Shown here one piece after another: positions 24,279-36,940 of a DNA stretch of 64,000 nt (its first letter is position 1; each line of letters starts with the position of its first letter). Source of the DNA: Eledone cirrhosa. Lineage: Eukaryota. The notes below the pieces were generated by a model. It was not told where the DNA came from, did not search any database, and saw only the letters and a list, made by a program, of their open reading frames with translations. The position numbers were made by a program, and so were the translations under genes. Where the stretch lies: the NCBI GenBank assembly GCA_964016885.1, contig OZ024755.1:34472001-34536000 (forward strand), in the 5' to 3' direction.

Positions 24279-25019
24279 TATCTATTGTATGTGCATGAAT
24301 TATTAGTGCAATGGTTATTAAAATATGTTTAAACTACATACACATTTGCAATGTTTATGAAAGATTATTAAATTAAATACGCATTTGATTATTTGTGCGC
24401 CAATTTTGATGCAAAATTGTCTGGATTTATTTTCCTGATTACAAGTATGTGTTGAAATATAATTTATATATACAATGTTTGAAGAGACATTTCGCTATAA
24501 GAATATATGTGAGGTTTAACCTCATACTTATTCAATCATTTGTGAATGTATTTTGATGCTTAAACTTCCATTAGCCATTAAATATTTCATTTAACTCTAA
24601 GTCTATGTAAATCTTTTGTTACACATAGATAACTACCTAATTATATGTAGACAAGGGTGTATGTTAGCGTAATTTAACTACATACTCATTTAAATAATCT
24701 ATTAATCTATTTTGATATGAAGCTATCTTGAAATACTTTATTTAATTCTGGAGATAAGTTAAGGTTTATTTATAATATATGTCAATATATTTATAATTAT
24801 AGTTAGAGAAGTGATAATTGACTCACATATTAGATATTAACGTATCACCTTTTAATCATTTGAGCGGTGATATTCACATTAAAGCAGTCATGAAATATCT
24901 CATATCAAGGTTTTGCAGAGGATTAACTGTAATATCCATTGATACATATATGAAATTTTAGTAGATATCTGCATGTAAGTGCTGATGACCACCACAGCTT
25001 GTGGGGTATATCCATTAGT

Positions 25020-25165
25020 GAAGGTGCATGGTTTAGTGGTTAGAGAGTTGGATTTGCAATTGTGAGGTTGCAAGTTCAATTCTCAGACCGAGTGATGTGT
25101 TGTGTCCTTGAGCAAGACACTTTATTTCACATTGCGACTGGTAGATAGTATCAGCAATGGAAAAA
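25020..25165 (+). mobile_element. SINE family E, partial
   Basis: Head, CORE-like block, then GCGACTGGTAGATAGTATCAGCAAT. Confidence 0.7.
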
Positions 25166-25191
25166 CTTAACTTTGAGACATAATTCTAGAT

Positions 25192-25414
25192 TTAACCCTT
25201 TAGCATTTACATTACTGTAGATTTACTATTATATTTTCACAGTAAAGGCTTTTCCTCACATAATTAACTCGCATAGTATCAAATGTATGAGATTTTGATA
25301 TTATTTATTTCAATAACAATACCATAACATCAGTATGAGCGACCAGTTACAGTCAGTTTGAACAGAAAGGGGTGAGAGAATTCTGGCTGGATACAGCCAG
25401 TTTAAAAGGGTTAA
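25192..25414. mobile_element. TTAA-flanked MITE
   Basis: TTAACCCTTTAGCATTTAC...AAAAGGGTTAA. Confidence 0.85.
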
Positions 25415-25594
25415 GCATAATTAAACTCTACTCTAACAGAAAGCCAAATGAAAATAACTTATGAACGCACCAAATTTTCAACCACTCATCAGCCATAATG
25501 AAGAACATTGCCGCTGTTATAAGTACAAGTTCTCAGTTTGTCAGACAATGATGTTTTCAACAACACAACTATTAATATTACAAAACACTAGTGA

Positions 25595-25812
25595 GGGCGA
25601 TGGATTGGCAGAATCTTTAGAGTGTCAGACAACATGCTTTATAGCATAGGGTTATGTCCCTTTACGTTCTGAGTTCAAAATCTGCTGAAATTAGCTTTGC
25701 CTTTCATTCTTACGGGGTTGATAAAATAAAGCACCAGTAATGCACTGGGTCAATTTAATCGACTTTTCCCTCCCTCAAAATTGCTGGCATTGTGCCTTAA
25801 GTAGAAACAATT
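25595..25812 (+). mobile_element. SINE family A (longer subfamily)
   Basis: Family A head, body and GTAGAAACAATT end. Confidence 0.85.
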
Positions 25813-26791
25813 ACTATGAAACTAGTAAGAAGTGTTTTTTTTTTTTTTGTAAGAAACTAATGTACAAAGAACATCCCCACACAACTTCAAAACTGAAAGG
25901 AGGTAAGAAATTTGGTTTAACCCAGCTTTGATAAGATATAACCACCAATATGGCCCAGAACTTCCTATCCATAGTAAGATGACATTTTCTATCTAAACAA
26001 AAATGCAACAAACAAATCAATACTAATAACATTAAGATGAGTTATTCTTGTCTGGAAAACACTCCTAAAACATATCTAGATAGCCTCCTTGCCACAAACC
26101 AAATTGTAACAGTAGACTCTCCCTAAATTGTCTGTTTACAGGAGAATATCTTTCCAATGGGAATTAGCTCAACTGGTGTCCTGCCCAAATACATCTTTAC
26201 CACATGATTCAGTTTACCCAGAACTGTCAGAATGAGCACACAGCACACATGAAACGAAACTTTGAGCATCATTAACTGATTCCTAATGACTAGACCCGTC
26301 CTCTCACAAATACATATTGAAAGTAGGCAGCTGTTATATTGTTGTAAGATCTTCATTATATATGGTGGCTGTTGGGTTTTATTTATACTGAAGTAGCTGC
26401 CATATCAATTTGAATATGTTGCTACATGTTGAAGGGAACAGCTGGTCTCTCTAAGCAACTTAAACTTCTCTTCCTTCATGTTGAAAAATTAAGAAAAGAA
26501 ACATAATACTACTAATAAAGATGATATTTATAATAATAATAATAATATTAATAATAATAATAGTAATAACGATAATGAATGGCAATGAAATGGGGAAAGA
26601 AAAATCCTGTTTTCAAAAATAAAATATAATGAAATATATTTATTTTGAAGTTAATTCATAAAGAAGGTGACATTAGAAGAAATCCCAGAAAAATCCTTGA
26701 AAAATTTTAAATTATCGTGAAAAATTTTCATTTTATTATTTATGTTGTTTTTGTTATTGTCATTTCTTTTTCGTTTCCTTGTGCAAGTCTT

Positions 26792-26855
26792 TTATTGAAA
26801 TTTATCGCCAACATTGCGGTGTTTGTCAAACATCTGCTGTGATTCCTTCCAGTTC
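26792..26855 (-). CDS. Candidate terminal coding exon (NWKESQQMFDKHRNVGDKFQ*), gene unidentified
   Basis: Branch-like CCCTAAT, pyrimidine tract and TTTCCAG acceptor; short open frame then AT-rich sequence with AATAAA; no homology recognised. Confidence 0.2.
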
Positions 26856-27203
26856 CTGGAAATAAGGTGATATTAGGGAAGAAGGAGCTGGGGCTGGGAC
26901 ATAGTTTTAAGAATAGCAAACAAACTGGAGAGAGAGGGAGAGAGAGGAAGAGAGTTAGAAAAGAGGAGAAAAGAGGTGTACAGAAAGAGAGGACATAATA
27001 AAGGAGAAAGCATGGATGAGGATGGAGAAAGAAAGATAGGGAGGGAGAGTAAAGGAGGTAAATTAAGAGATTTAAATAATAAAGGAGGAAAAATTACTAA
27101 AGAGTGCGTGTGAGAGTGAAATATAAAGAGGTACAGAGAGAGAGAGAGGGGGAGAGAAGAAGAGTGAGAATGGTAAAGAAGCAAGAGACAAAGAAATGGG
27201 TGA

Positions 27204-27351
27204 AATATATATATGTATACATATATATATATGTATATATATGTATATATGTATATATATGTATATATATATATATATATGTATATATATGTATATATGT
27301 ATATATATGTATATATATATATGTATATATATGTATATATGTATATATATG

Positions 27352-27384
<33 letters not shown>

Positions 27385-27439
27385 GTATATATATGTATAT
27401 ATATATATATGTATATATATATATGTATATATATGTATA

Positions 27440-27506
<67 letters not shown>

Positions 27507-27590
27507 GTATATATGTATATATATATGTATATATATATATATGTATATATGTATATATATATGTATATACATATATGTATATATGTATCT
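27204..27590. repeat. (TA)n/(TATG) microsatellite
   Basis: Direct reading. Confidence 0.97.
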
Positions 27591-27592
27591 AT

Positions 27593-27880
27593 GTCAGGTC
27601 ACCAGTTGGTGCTACTGGTAACATGTATCCCAGTACAACCTGTCCCATGGTCGGGTCGTTGGCGACTAAACTGGCAACCCCACCAAGGTTTCTTGGTGAG
27701 GAGGGTGACTTTGGACATCCTGCAGGACTAAAAACAAAACCTGTCAAAGGGCAAAGGAGCTCTTAAGAGTCAATGGCCATCCAAAATCACCGGGAGAGAT
27801 GACCCCTTAGCCTTTGTCAAGGCAGAATTCTAGGAGAAGGAAAACTCTGATATAACACCTGCAACCCTGATGGTATCCAA
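27593..27880 (+). mobile_element. Probable LINE 5'-UTR fragment (RTE-like)
   Basis: CTAGGAGAAGGAAAACTCTGA motif recalled from RTE 5' regions; GC-richer island next to (TA)n. Confidence 0.35.
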
Positions 27881-28039
27881 TGATGTTGACTTGTTCTTCT
27901 TTTTGGTAAATATCATCTTGGTTAAGAGAGTGGGACTGGCTTTGTGCAGTGCCTTTGCTCACTATAAAAGCTTCACGGCACAGGCATTGCTTTATATCTG
28001 GAGATCTCTCTGCACTTGTTGTCACATGGTACCATGGGC

Positions 28040-28200
28040 CCAGCACTATGTGTCAGTAATTGTCACAAGTGTAGTGTTTGTACCAGAGTTTTCAAGTCGC
28101 TGGCTGGACTAAAAAGTCACACTCGTTCAGCGCATCGGTAGGGGTTCTCCTACATGGATATAAAGTAGTGGCCGTACTCGAAAACGAGTTGGCAGCCACC
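28040..28200 (+). mobile_element. LINE 3' end encoding a C-terminal C2H2 finger, followed by (TA)n
   Basis: [25 protein letters not shown] (28064-28141), then a short UTR and a TA tract; C-terminal C2H2 fingers occur in some RTE families. Confidence 0.7.
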
Positions 28201-28673
<473 letters not shown>

Positions 28674-28772
28674 TCATCATCATCGTTTAACGTCCATGTT
28701 CCACGCTTGCATGGGTTTGGACGGGAGTTTTCCCACTTGAGGCAAGAGTGGTTGTCTTGCTCACATAGGACT
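28674..28772 (-). mobile_element. RTE tail fragment (family of 31930-33013)
   Basis: Reverse complement of ~32920-33013. Confidence 0.8.
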
Positions 28773-28869
28773 TCTATATATGTATATATATATATGTATT
28801 TATATACTGTTGGCTTCACGCTCACAATAATTTCTATACTTTTCATTTATATGTATTTATATATATATA

Positions 28870-29207
28870 TCATCATTCATCATTTCATTTTATGTCCACT
28901 TTTCCCTGCTTGCAAGGGTGGGACAGGAACTGATTCTGGCTTGATTTCTACAGCTGGATGCCCTTCCTAACATCAACCTCATTTACAGTGAGTGCTGGGT
29001 GCTTTTTTTCCGTGGCACCTCCACGACCACTTTGCAGTGGAATGATAGGGACCCCAGTCCCTATCATCTCATTGCTACAGCTGAGTAAACTGGAGCAATG
29101 TGAAATAAAGTGTCTTGCTCAAGGAAACAACACATCACCCGGTCTGAGAATTGAACTCACAACCTTTCGATTGCAACATGGCTTAGTGGTTAGAGCCATG
29201 TGCTTCC
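28870..29207 (-). mobile_element. SINE family B with a micro-inverted head
   Basis: Family B body; the A-box segment is flipped at ~29177-29195. Confidence 0.88.
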
Positions 29208-29305
29208 ATAGATAAATATATAAATGTAAATATATATTTATATATATATATAAACATGCATAAATATATATACATATGGACACAAATATACATTTGTATG
29301 TACAC

Positions 29306-29319
<14 letters not shown>

Positions 29320-29337
<18 letters not shown>

Positions 29338-30356
29338 GAGAGATGGAGAGAGAGAGGAGAGAGATGGAGAGAGTGGAGAGATAGGAGAGAGAGGGGTAGA
29401 GATAGGAGTGAGAGGGGGAGAGATAGGAGTGAGAGGGGGGAGATAGGAGTGAGAGGGGGGAGATAGGAGTGAGAGGGGGAGATAGGAGTGAGAGGGGGAG
29501 AGATAGGAGAGAGAGGGCGCGAGATAGGAGAGAGAGGGTGAGAGAGGGGGCGAGATAGGAGAGAGAGGGTGAGAGAGAGAGGAGATAGGAGAGAGAGGGT
29601 GAGAGAGAGGAGAGAGATTGAGAGAGAGGAAAGAGGGTGAAAAGAGGGTGAGAGAGAGGAAAGAGAGGGTGAGAGAGAGGAAAGAGAGGGTGAGAGAGAG
29701 GAAAGAGAGCGTGAGAGAGGAGAGAGAGGAGAGAGGGTGAGAGAGAGGGTGAGAGAGAGGGTGAGAGAGAGGGTGAGAGAGGGGAGAGAGATTGAGAGAG
29801 AGGAAACAGAGCGTGAGAGAGAGGAGAGAGCATGAGAGAGAGGAGAGAGGAGAGAGAGGGGAGAGAGAGGAGAGAGAGGGGAGAGAGAGAGAGGGGAAAG
29901 AGAGGGGAGAGAGAGGGGAAAGAGAGGGTGGAGAGAGAGGGTAGAGAGAGAGAGAGAGAAGAGAGAGAGGAGAGAGAGAGAGGAGAGAGAGAGAGAGGGG
30001 AGAGAGAGGGGAGAGAGAGGGGAGAGAGAGGGGAGAGAGAGGGGAGAGAGAGGGGAGAGAGAGAGGAAAGAGAGGGGAGAGAGAGGGGAGAGAGAGAGGA
30101 GAGAGAGAGGAAAGAGAGGGTGAGAGGAGAGAGAGGGTGAGAGGAGAGAGAGGGTGAGAGGAGAGAGAGGGTGAGAGGAGAGAGAGGAGAGAGAGGGTGA
30201 GAGGAGAGAGAGGGTGAGAGGAGAGAGAGGAGAGAGAGGGTGAGAGAGAGAGAAGAGAGGGGTGAGAGAGAGAGAAGAGAGAGAGGAGAGAGATGGAGAG
30301 AGAGAGAGAGGAGAGAGATGGAGAGAGAGAGAGAGGAGAGAGATGGAGAGAGAGAG
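29320..30356. repeat. ~1-kb (GA)n polypurine tract
   Basis: Direct reading. Confidence 0.97.
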
Positions 30357-30824
30357 ACTAAGGTAGAAATGTAATCAATGAAATAAAAGTGTAAATTAGC
30401 CAATATGAAGTCAGTCACAGCATGTTTGTTATAAAACCAGGCTATAATGATTTAATTCAGCTTTAAATGTTCTATAAATTTCACTTTGCTTTTAGACACT
30501 TGGTGTGTTTTTTTTTTCTCCTACTGAGAGACAAAAATATGTAAACAAGCACGATAAAATGTCACGTAAAGAAATTAAGATGAAAAAATAACAACAAATA
30601 ATAATAATAAAAAAACGTGAGTAAATAAATAAATTTACGATAAAAACACAAACAATAAATACAGAATAATATTTAGAACTTTCCATAATAATAATAATAA
30701 TAATATGCAGACAAACAAACAAAATTTGTGGAATATATTTTTTAAAATGTCTTTTCCCTCTTTAATAGAAAATTGTTTGGTGCATTGCTGTTCTAATTTT
30801 AACTCGCACAACTAAGAGCTCTTT

Positions 30825-31490
30825 CACCTTTCAAACTTGCCAAAGGCTAACCTAAATTTAGTTGTGGTAAAGAGCTATCCCTTGCTTTCAAGTCTGTCAA
30901 AGAGTAACCTAAATTTTTATTGTGGTAATGGGCTATCCCTTGCTTGCACACCTGCCAAAGGCTGTCCTGAATTTTTATTGTGGTAAAGGGCTATCCCATT
31001 GCTCTCAAACCTGCCAAAGTGTGTCCTAAATTTAGTTGTGGTAAAAGGATATCCCTTGCTCTCAAACCTGCCAAAGTGTGTCCTAAATTTAGTTGTGGTA
31101 AAAGGTTATCCCTTGCTCTCAAACCTGCCAAAGTGTGTCCTAAATTTAGTTGTGGTAAAAGGTTATCCCTTGCTCTCAAACCTGCCAAAGTGTGTCCTAA
31201 ATTTAGTTGTGGTAAAAGGATATCCCTTGCTCTCAAACCTGCCAAAGTGTGTCCTAAATTTAGTTGTGGTAAAAGGTTATCCCTTGCTCTCAAACCTGCC
31301 AAAGTGTGTCCTAAATTTAGTTGTGGTAAAAGGTTATCCCTTGCTCTCAAACCTGCCAAAGTGTGTCCTAAATTTAGTTGTGGTAAAAGGTTATCCCTTG
31401 CTCTCAAACCTGCCAAAGTGTGTCCTAAATTTAGTTGTGGTAAAAGGTTATCCCTTGCTCTCAAACCTGCCAAAGGTTAACCTAAATTTT
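30825..31490. repeat. 57-bp minisatellite (~11 copies, degenerate at the left edge)
   Basis: Unit CTCTCAAACCTGCCAAAGTGTGTCCTAAATTTAGTTGTGGTAAAAGGTTATCCCTTG. Confidence 0.95.
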
Positions 31491-31929
31491 CAAATGTGAT
31501 GAAGAGAAAACTCATTTCTTTGAAACCTACTTAAAGATGCCCTTTAGTTTTGAAAAAGAGCAAACTTATTCTATTCAGATATCAGCCATCACCCAGCTGT
31601 GCTTATTGCATGGATCGCATGACTCGTTCTCTCCAGTCTGTCTCAGGGTAATGAATATTAAGTTAATTGTGGGGAAGGGCAAAGTAATTCCTTTCAAACT
31701 TATCTCTGAATAACTTTATGTCATTTGTGACAAATGGTGAAATCATTCCTTTTAGATACTGGATACTCTGTTAATTTCAATGATGAGTGTTAACTTGCTC
31801 AATCAACAGAATGTCCAACTTATGAATTAATATCTATGTGTTTGAGTATTCCAGACATGTATAACCTTAACATAATTCTTGGACAGACTTAGCATGACAA
31901 AAAATGTGGTAACATTGGACTTTTGAATT

Positions 31930-33013
31930 GCAGCCTACCACTATTAGCCGCTAAAGGGTTCTCCCTAAAAATGAAAGGCAGGTTGTATGATGCCTGCATA
32001 CGAACAGCAATGTTGCATGGCAGTGAGACCTGGGCATTGTGTGCAGAGGATATACGCAGACAAGAGAGGAACGAAGCTTGCATGCTCAGCTGGATGTGTA
32101 ATAGTAATATACGTGAACGGCAAAGCATAAACGAACTAAGGGAGAAATTAGGAATAAGAGGGATCAGATGTTGTTTACTCGAAAGAAGGCTACGTTGGTA
32201 CGGTCATGTGATGCGCATGAAAGACGATAGCTGTATAACAAAGTGCAGGGCAATAAAGATAGACGGTAGCCACGGAATAGGCAGACCCAGAAAAACCTGG
32301 GACGAGCTGATAAATTCCGACCTCACACACTTACACCTCTCCAAGACAATGTCACTGGACCGAGACCTTTGGCGGTACTCAGTAATAGAGAAGACCCGCC
32401 TTACCTAAATACAAAGTAAAACCTACTACAGTCAGTAGGCATCTCTAACAAAATACACCCCCGTCCCACCACCCCCACCCCATCCACACCGCCCCTTTCA
32501 ATGTAAAGTTATGTTGGTGCCACAACATCCAGGCCGAAACAAATGAGATCGTGTAGGTGTCACGACAAAAAAACACACAGTTCACGCTGTAATGTGGCCG
32601 TGTAGGCAACACGGTAAAAACCTCCCAGTCCCACACTGTAAATGTGGTTGGTGTTAGGAAGGGCATCTAGCTGTAGAAAACCCGCCAGACAGTCCACGCT
32701 GTAATGTGGCCGTGTAGGCAACACGGTAAAAACCTCCCAGCCCCACACTGTAAATGTGGTTGGTGTTAGGAAGGGCATCCAGCTGTAAAAAACCCGCCAG
32801 ACAGTCCACGCTGTAATGTGGCCGTGTAGGCAACACGGTAAAAACCTCCCAGCCCCACACTGTAAATGTGGTTGGTGTTAGGAAGGGCATCCAGCTTTAG
32901 AAAACCCGCCAGATAGTCCTATGCGAGCAAGATAATCACTCTTGCCTCAAGTGGGAAAACCCCCGTCCAAACGCATGCAAGCATGGAACACGGACGTTAA
33001 ACGTTGATGATGA
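31930..33013 (+). mobile_element. RTE LINE 3' end: ORF C-terminus, long 3' UTR with a 112-bp triplication, TGATGA tail
   Basis: LYDACIRTAMLHGSETW...RRLRWYGHVMRM...GRPRKTWDE; the UTR contains GGTTGGTGTTAGGAAGGGCATCCAGCTGTAGAAA. Confidence 0.92.
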
Positions 33014-33713
33014 AGTTGTCATGTAGGTATCACGACAAAAAGCACCCAGTCCACACTGTAAATGGTGGGCTTGCAAAAATAGGTCTTAGTTTCAAGTCTT
33101 GTCACGAAAATAATTCAATGTATTTTTATTTAGATGCTTTACCTATTTGTTTATTTTTATGGATCTTTGGAGAGCCATAAAAGTAGCTAGTTATATATTT
33201 GAAGTTTGTAATCCACCTCTTAGCTGTCAAACATCATCTATACAGATTTAATTATGTACTGGAGTTTTTATATTGGTTTGTCTTTTCATAACAGTTATTA
33301 TGTCATAGCAAGTTTTTTTTATGAGTTATGTATTGTAAAGGGTATCCATATTGATAACTACATTTCTTTTGTCGGCTTCCTTAATTATAAAGCCAGTACT
33401 GTATAGTTCTTTGAGATTTGTTCATTCTAGTCTTTAGAAATTTGATCTTATATTCCTCATTTCAACAGTATTGATTGGAAAAATAGATAAGTAATCACAA
33501 AAATTATCCAGTGCTTCATTTCTTCCTTTTGGGGGGAAAAAGTTACTTTTATTTTGGACTATTGATTCGTCATCAACTTTATCTTTTTCAGTTAATCTTA
33601 GTTTATCACAAAATTCTGTGATATGGGTCTTAAGTTCTGGTATATTAGATTTTTGTTAGGTAGGTGTAAACTTCAACTTTATATATATATATGTGTATAT
33701 ATATATACATATA

Positions 33714-34036
33714 TCATCATCATCATTTTACGTCCGCTTTTCCCTGCTTGCAATGGTGGGACGGGAACTGATTCTGGCTTGATTTCTACAGCTGGATGCC
33801 CTTCCTAACACCAACCTCATTTACAGTGAGTGCTGGGTGCTTTTTTGCCGTGGCACCTCCACAACCACTTTGCAGTGGAATGATAGGGACCCCAGTCCCT
33901 ATCATCTCATTTCTACAGCTGAGTAAACTGAAAGCAATGTGAAATAAAGTGTCTTGCTCAAGGAAACAACACATCACCCGGTCTGAGAATTGAACTCACA
34001 ACCTTTTGATTGCAAAGCCAATGCTCTAACCACAAA
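33714..34036 (-). mobile_element. SINE family B (head cut at the (TA)n/fold-back junction)
   Basis: Reverse complement of 3584-3919. Confidence 0.9.
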
Positions 34037-34274
34037 GTTATATATATATATATAATTAAGTTAAAAATGTACATCCACATATGTATACTGAAATACTAGT
34101 ATGCATATGAATACACACACGTGTACATATGTAGATGTACCGAGTTTTTCACTGGTCACTTTACTGTGAGTGTCCAGCTATTCTGTATGTAAACACACAG
34201 ACAAACCGGTTTTTAGAGTCATACTGGTTTTTGAGGAAACACCTTTCCTCTATTCTCCAGAAAGCCAGACAAGG

Positions 34275-34319
34275 AATATTGGACTAGTTTCGATGTTGTT
34301 ACATCTCATCAGCAATATT
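34275..34319 (-). ncRNA. Minimal type I hammerhead ribozyme (left-arm copy)
   Basis: Exact reverse complement of 34659-34703. Confidence 0.9.
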
Positions 34320-34658
34320 TACCTATCTTCCGGCCTTTCTAGAGAATCGTAAAAGCACATATCGTTATATGCTTTTTCTTTGAAAATTAGTAGTGGGCAG
34401 ACTAATTTGCATAGAGCGTGAGTACGTACCGGTTCAACGGAGACGATAAAAACAAATAACGAAACGAAATTAAATACAAAAGTGAGTTACAAACGAAACA
34501 AAATTTAATTTTGTTTCGTTATTTGTTTTTATCGTCTCCGTTGAACCGGTACGTACTCACGCTCTATGCAAATTAGTCTGCCCACTACTAATTTTCATAG
34601 AAAAAGCATATAACGATATGTGCTTTTACGATTCTCTAGAAAGGCCGGAAGATAGGTA

Positions 34659-34703
34659 AATATTGCTGATGAGATGTAACAACATCGAAACTAGTCCAAT
34701 ATT
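34659..34703 (+). ncRNA. Minimal type I hammerhead ribozyme, intact
   Basis: AATATTG-CTGATGA-GATGT(AACA)ACATC-GAA-ACTAGT-C-CAATATT: 7-bp stem I, perfect core, 5-bp stem II, palindromic ACTAGT stem III, GUC cleavage triplet. Confidence 0.92.
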
Positions 34704-34992
34704 CCTTGTCTGGCTTTCTGGAGAATAGAGGAAAGGTGTTTCCTCAAAAACCAATATGACTCTAAAAACCGGTTTGTCTGTGTGTTTACATACAGAATAG
34801 CTGGACACTCACAGTAAAGTGACCAGTGAAAAACTCGGTACATCTACATATGTACACGTGTGTGTATTCATATGCATACTAGTATTTCAGTATACATATG
34901 TGGATGTACATTTTTAACTTAATTGTTTAAGCGTCAGTCATACAAAAGTGAGTTACAAACGAAACGAAATTTAATTTCGTTTCGTTATTTGT

Positions 34993-35035
<43 letters not shown>

Positions 35036-35179
35036 CAAGACATGGTCAACTGTCCTGGCATTGCCCATAACAGGACAACCCGTCTAATCCATGCTAGTGC
35101 GGAAGAATGGATGTAAAATGGTGATGATGATGATGATTTCCTTCAAATGAAACAGTTCTAGTCCTGTAGAAGCCATCAA

Positions 35180-35655
35180 CATCATCATTTTACGTCCACT
35201 TTTCCCTGCTTGCAAGGGTTGGACGGGTCCTATTCAGCACAGCATCTCTCCACTTGTCACGGCCCTTAGTCATCTTCTCCATGAGCTTCAGCAATCTGAG
35301 GTCTGCTCTCACCAGCTCCGCCCATGATTTTCATGGTCTTCCACTACTGCATTTTCCTTCTACTGGGATTTCTTGGCATTTCTTTACCCAGCGGTCATCC
35401 TCCATGCGCATCACATGTCCATACCATCTCAGTCTTCTCTCCTGCACACCTTATCCCTCTTATACCCAGTTTCTTTCTCAACTCGTCTATGCTTGGTCGT
35501 TCACGCACATTGGCATTGCACATCCAACGGAGCATGCTTGCCTCATTTCTCTCCAGCCACTGCCCATGTCCCACTACCATGCAGCATCGTGCATCCCACA
35601 CAGGCATCATATAACTGTCCGTTCATACGCAGGGAGAAACCCTTCTTTGTCAACA
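35180..35655 (-). mobile_element. RTE LINE 3' end, same family as 19180-20843
   Basis: LERNEASMLRWMCNANVRER...LGIRGIRC; same CCCTTGCAAGCAGGGAAAAG tail. Confidence 0.9.
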
Positions 35656-36036
35656 TATTAATGCTTTACAATGTATTGAGTAATTTACTTACTGCGATTA
35701 CCCCCGATTGAACCTGGGATACACACACGTGTGTGTGTGTGTGTGTGTATGTGTGTGAGTTAGGTTATATTGGAGTTTACCAATATATATTCTGGTAAAG
35801 ATAACAGAAGCTCAATGCTAATCAATATCCTCGGTCAATCAGTAACCCTGCTTCTAAATCTGCTTTTGATTACACCTTCTGTTACTTTTAAATGTAATAA
35901 CACTTGACTGTCTTTTCCCATAAGAGTCTAATCTGTATTATAATGAGACTTTTGCTTGCTTGTATCTGGATGTAACAACATTTATACTCCTGAAGATATA
36001 TAGAGCCAGCTGTCCGACATTGAAACTTTTATAGAG

Positions 36037-36940
36037 TAAAATCATGTCAATCCATACACGCCGGTCAATATATGAAAACAAAAACTGGAAAAATATTCCC
36101 AAATGTAAATATGAACTGCAAAAGCAGAAATCTAATTTACTGCATTAAATGCCCGAATTGTGAAGAACTATGTGTCGGTCAAACTGGAAATGCACTATCA
36201 GAACGTACACGGGTACACCGACAGCAAATCAGAGACCCAAATGTCCGTCAGATACCCCTAAGTAACCATCTAGCAACATGTGATCAGGGAATATTTATAA
36301 TATTCCCATTCTACAAATTACACAGCCCAAGTGAAATCAAGAGAAAAATCAAAGAAAAGAATTTTATTGATAAATTCAAACCCAAGCTAAATGAACAATA
36401 ATAATGCTTAGGGGTATTACTTCTACTATGACTATGACCACTAACAACAACAACAACAATAATAATAATAAAAGTGATGTTGATGGTGATGATTACTAGA
36501 AAATGCTATTTTCATCATTTCTAAAAATAGCAAAACAATTGATGCTTTGGATAGGATCAATTACTGGTCATTAAACATGCTCAACCAACCGGGACGCCTA
36601 AACCAATCAGCTTTAGTAATTCAGTGAAACTACACACTGATTGGTCGAAATACAGTTTGCAAGATTTAGCATTCTGGAGCCACTTTTCACTGTAAATAAG
36701 GTACAAAATTTACCCATCTCATTACAGTTGAAAATTGCAAACTTGACTGTCACCACACATTATGAACCTGAAGATTGCGAAAGCATGAAAGTACTTGTTC
36801 AATTAACACTTAACATTTAATACTCTATCATACTATTTCATTATAATACCATTATAAATTTTAAAGGATTGTAAATAAAATGAGTAAATCAGACAAAGTT
36901 GGAATTCCTCTTATTAATATAATCTTCTATACACAATCAT
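36037..36940 (+). mobile_element. Penelope-like element 3' end: GIY-YIG endonuclease (36072-36401) plus pLTR with hammerhead
   Basis: NCKSRNLIYCIKCPNCEELCVGQTGNALSERTRVHRQQI...LSNHL...KRKIKEKNFIDKFKPKLN: GIY-YIG with CCHH residues typical of PLEs; no RT portion present. Confidence 0.88.
36763..36801 (+). ncRNA. Minimal type I hammerhead ribozyme
   Basis: TGAAC-CTGAAGA-T-TGC(GAAA)GCA-T-GAA-AGTACT-T-GTTCA: 5-bp stem I, GNRA-capped stem II, palindromic AGTACT. Confidence 0.82.

Larger units (their letters stand above)
34054..34995. mobile_element. Large fold-back hammerhead element in (TA)n: 422-bp inverted arms; 466-bp monomer with 56-bp terminal direct repeat
   Basis: Arms 34054-34475 and 34503-34924 are almost identical; 34474-34529 recurs at 34940-34995; two hammerheads; (TA)n on both flanks. 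Confidence 0.9.

Noticed and set aside
30980-31499. 19-aa repeat proteins in three frames
   Set aside because: The 57-bp unit is a multiple of 3, so it is open on both strands; there is no splice or homology support.
34170-34808. Identical 60-aa ORFs on opposite strands (similarly 16698/16787)
   Set aside because: A consequence of the palindrome; no recognisable protein.
35985-36038. Hammerhead-like TACTC-CTGAAGA...GAAA...TA-GAGTA
   Set aside because: Stem I and core are present, but stems II and III do not pair convincingly; it may be a decayed copy but is not supportable.
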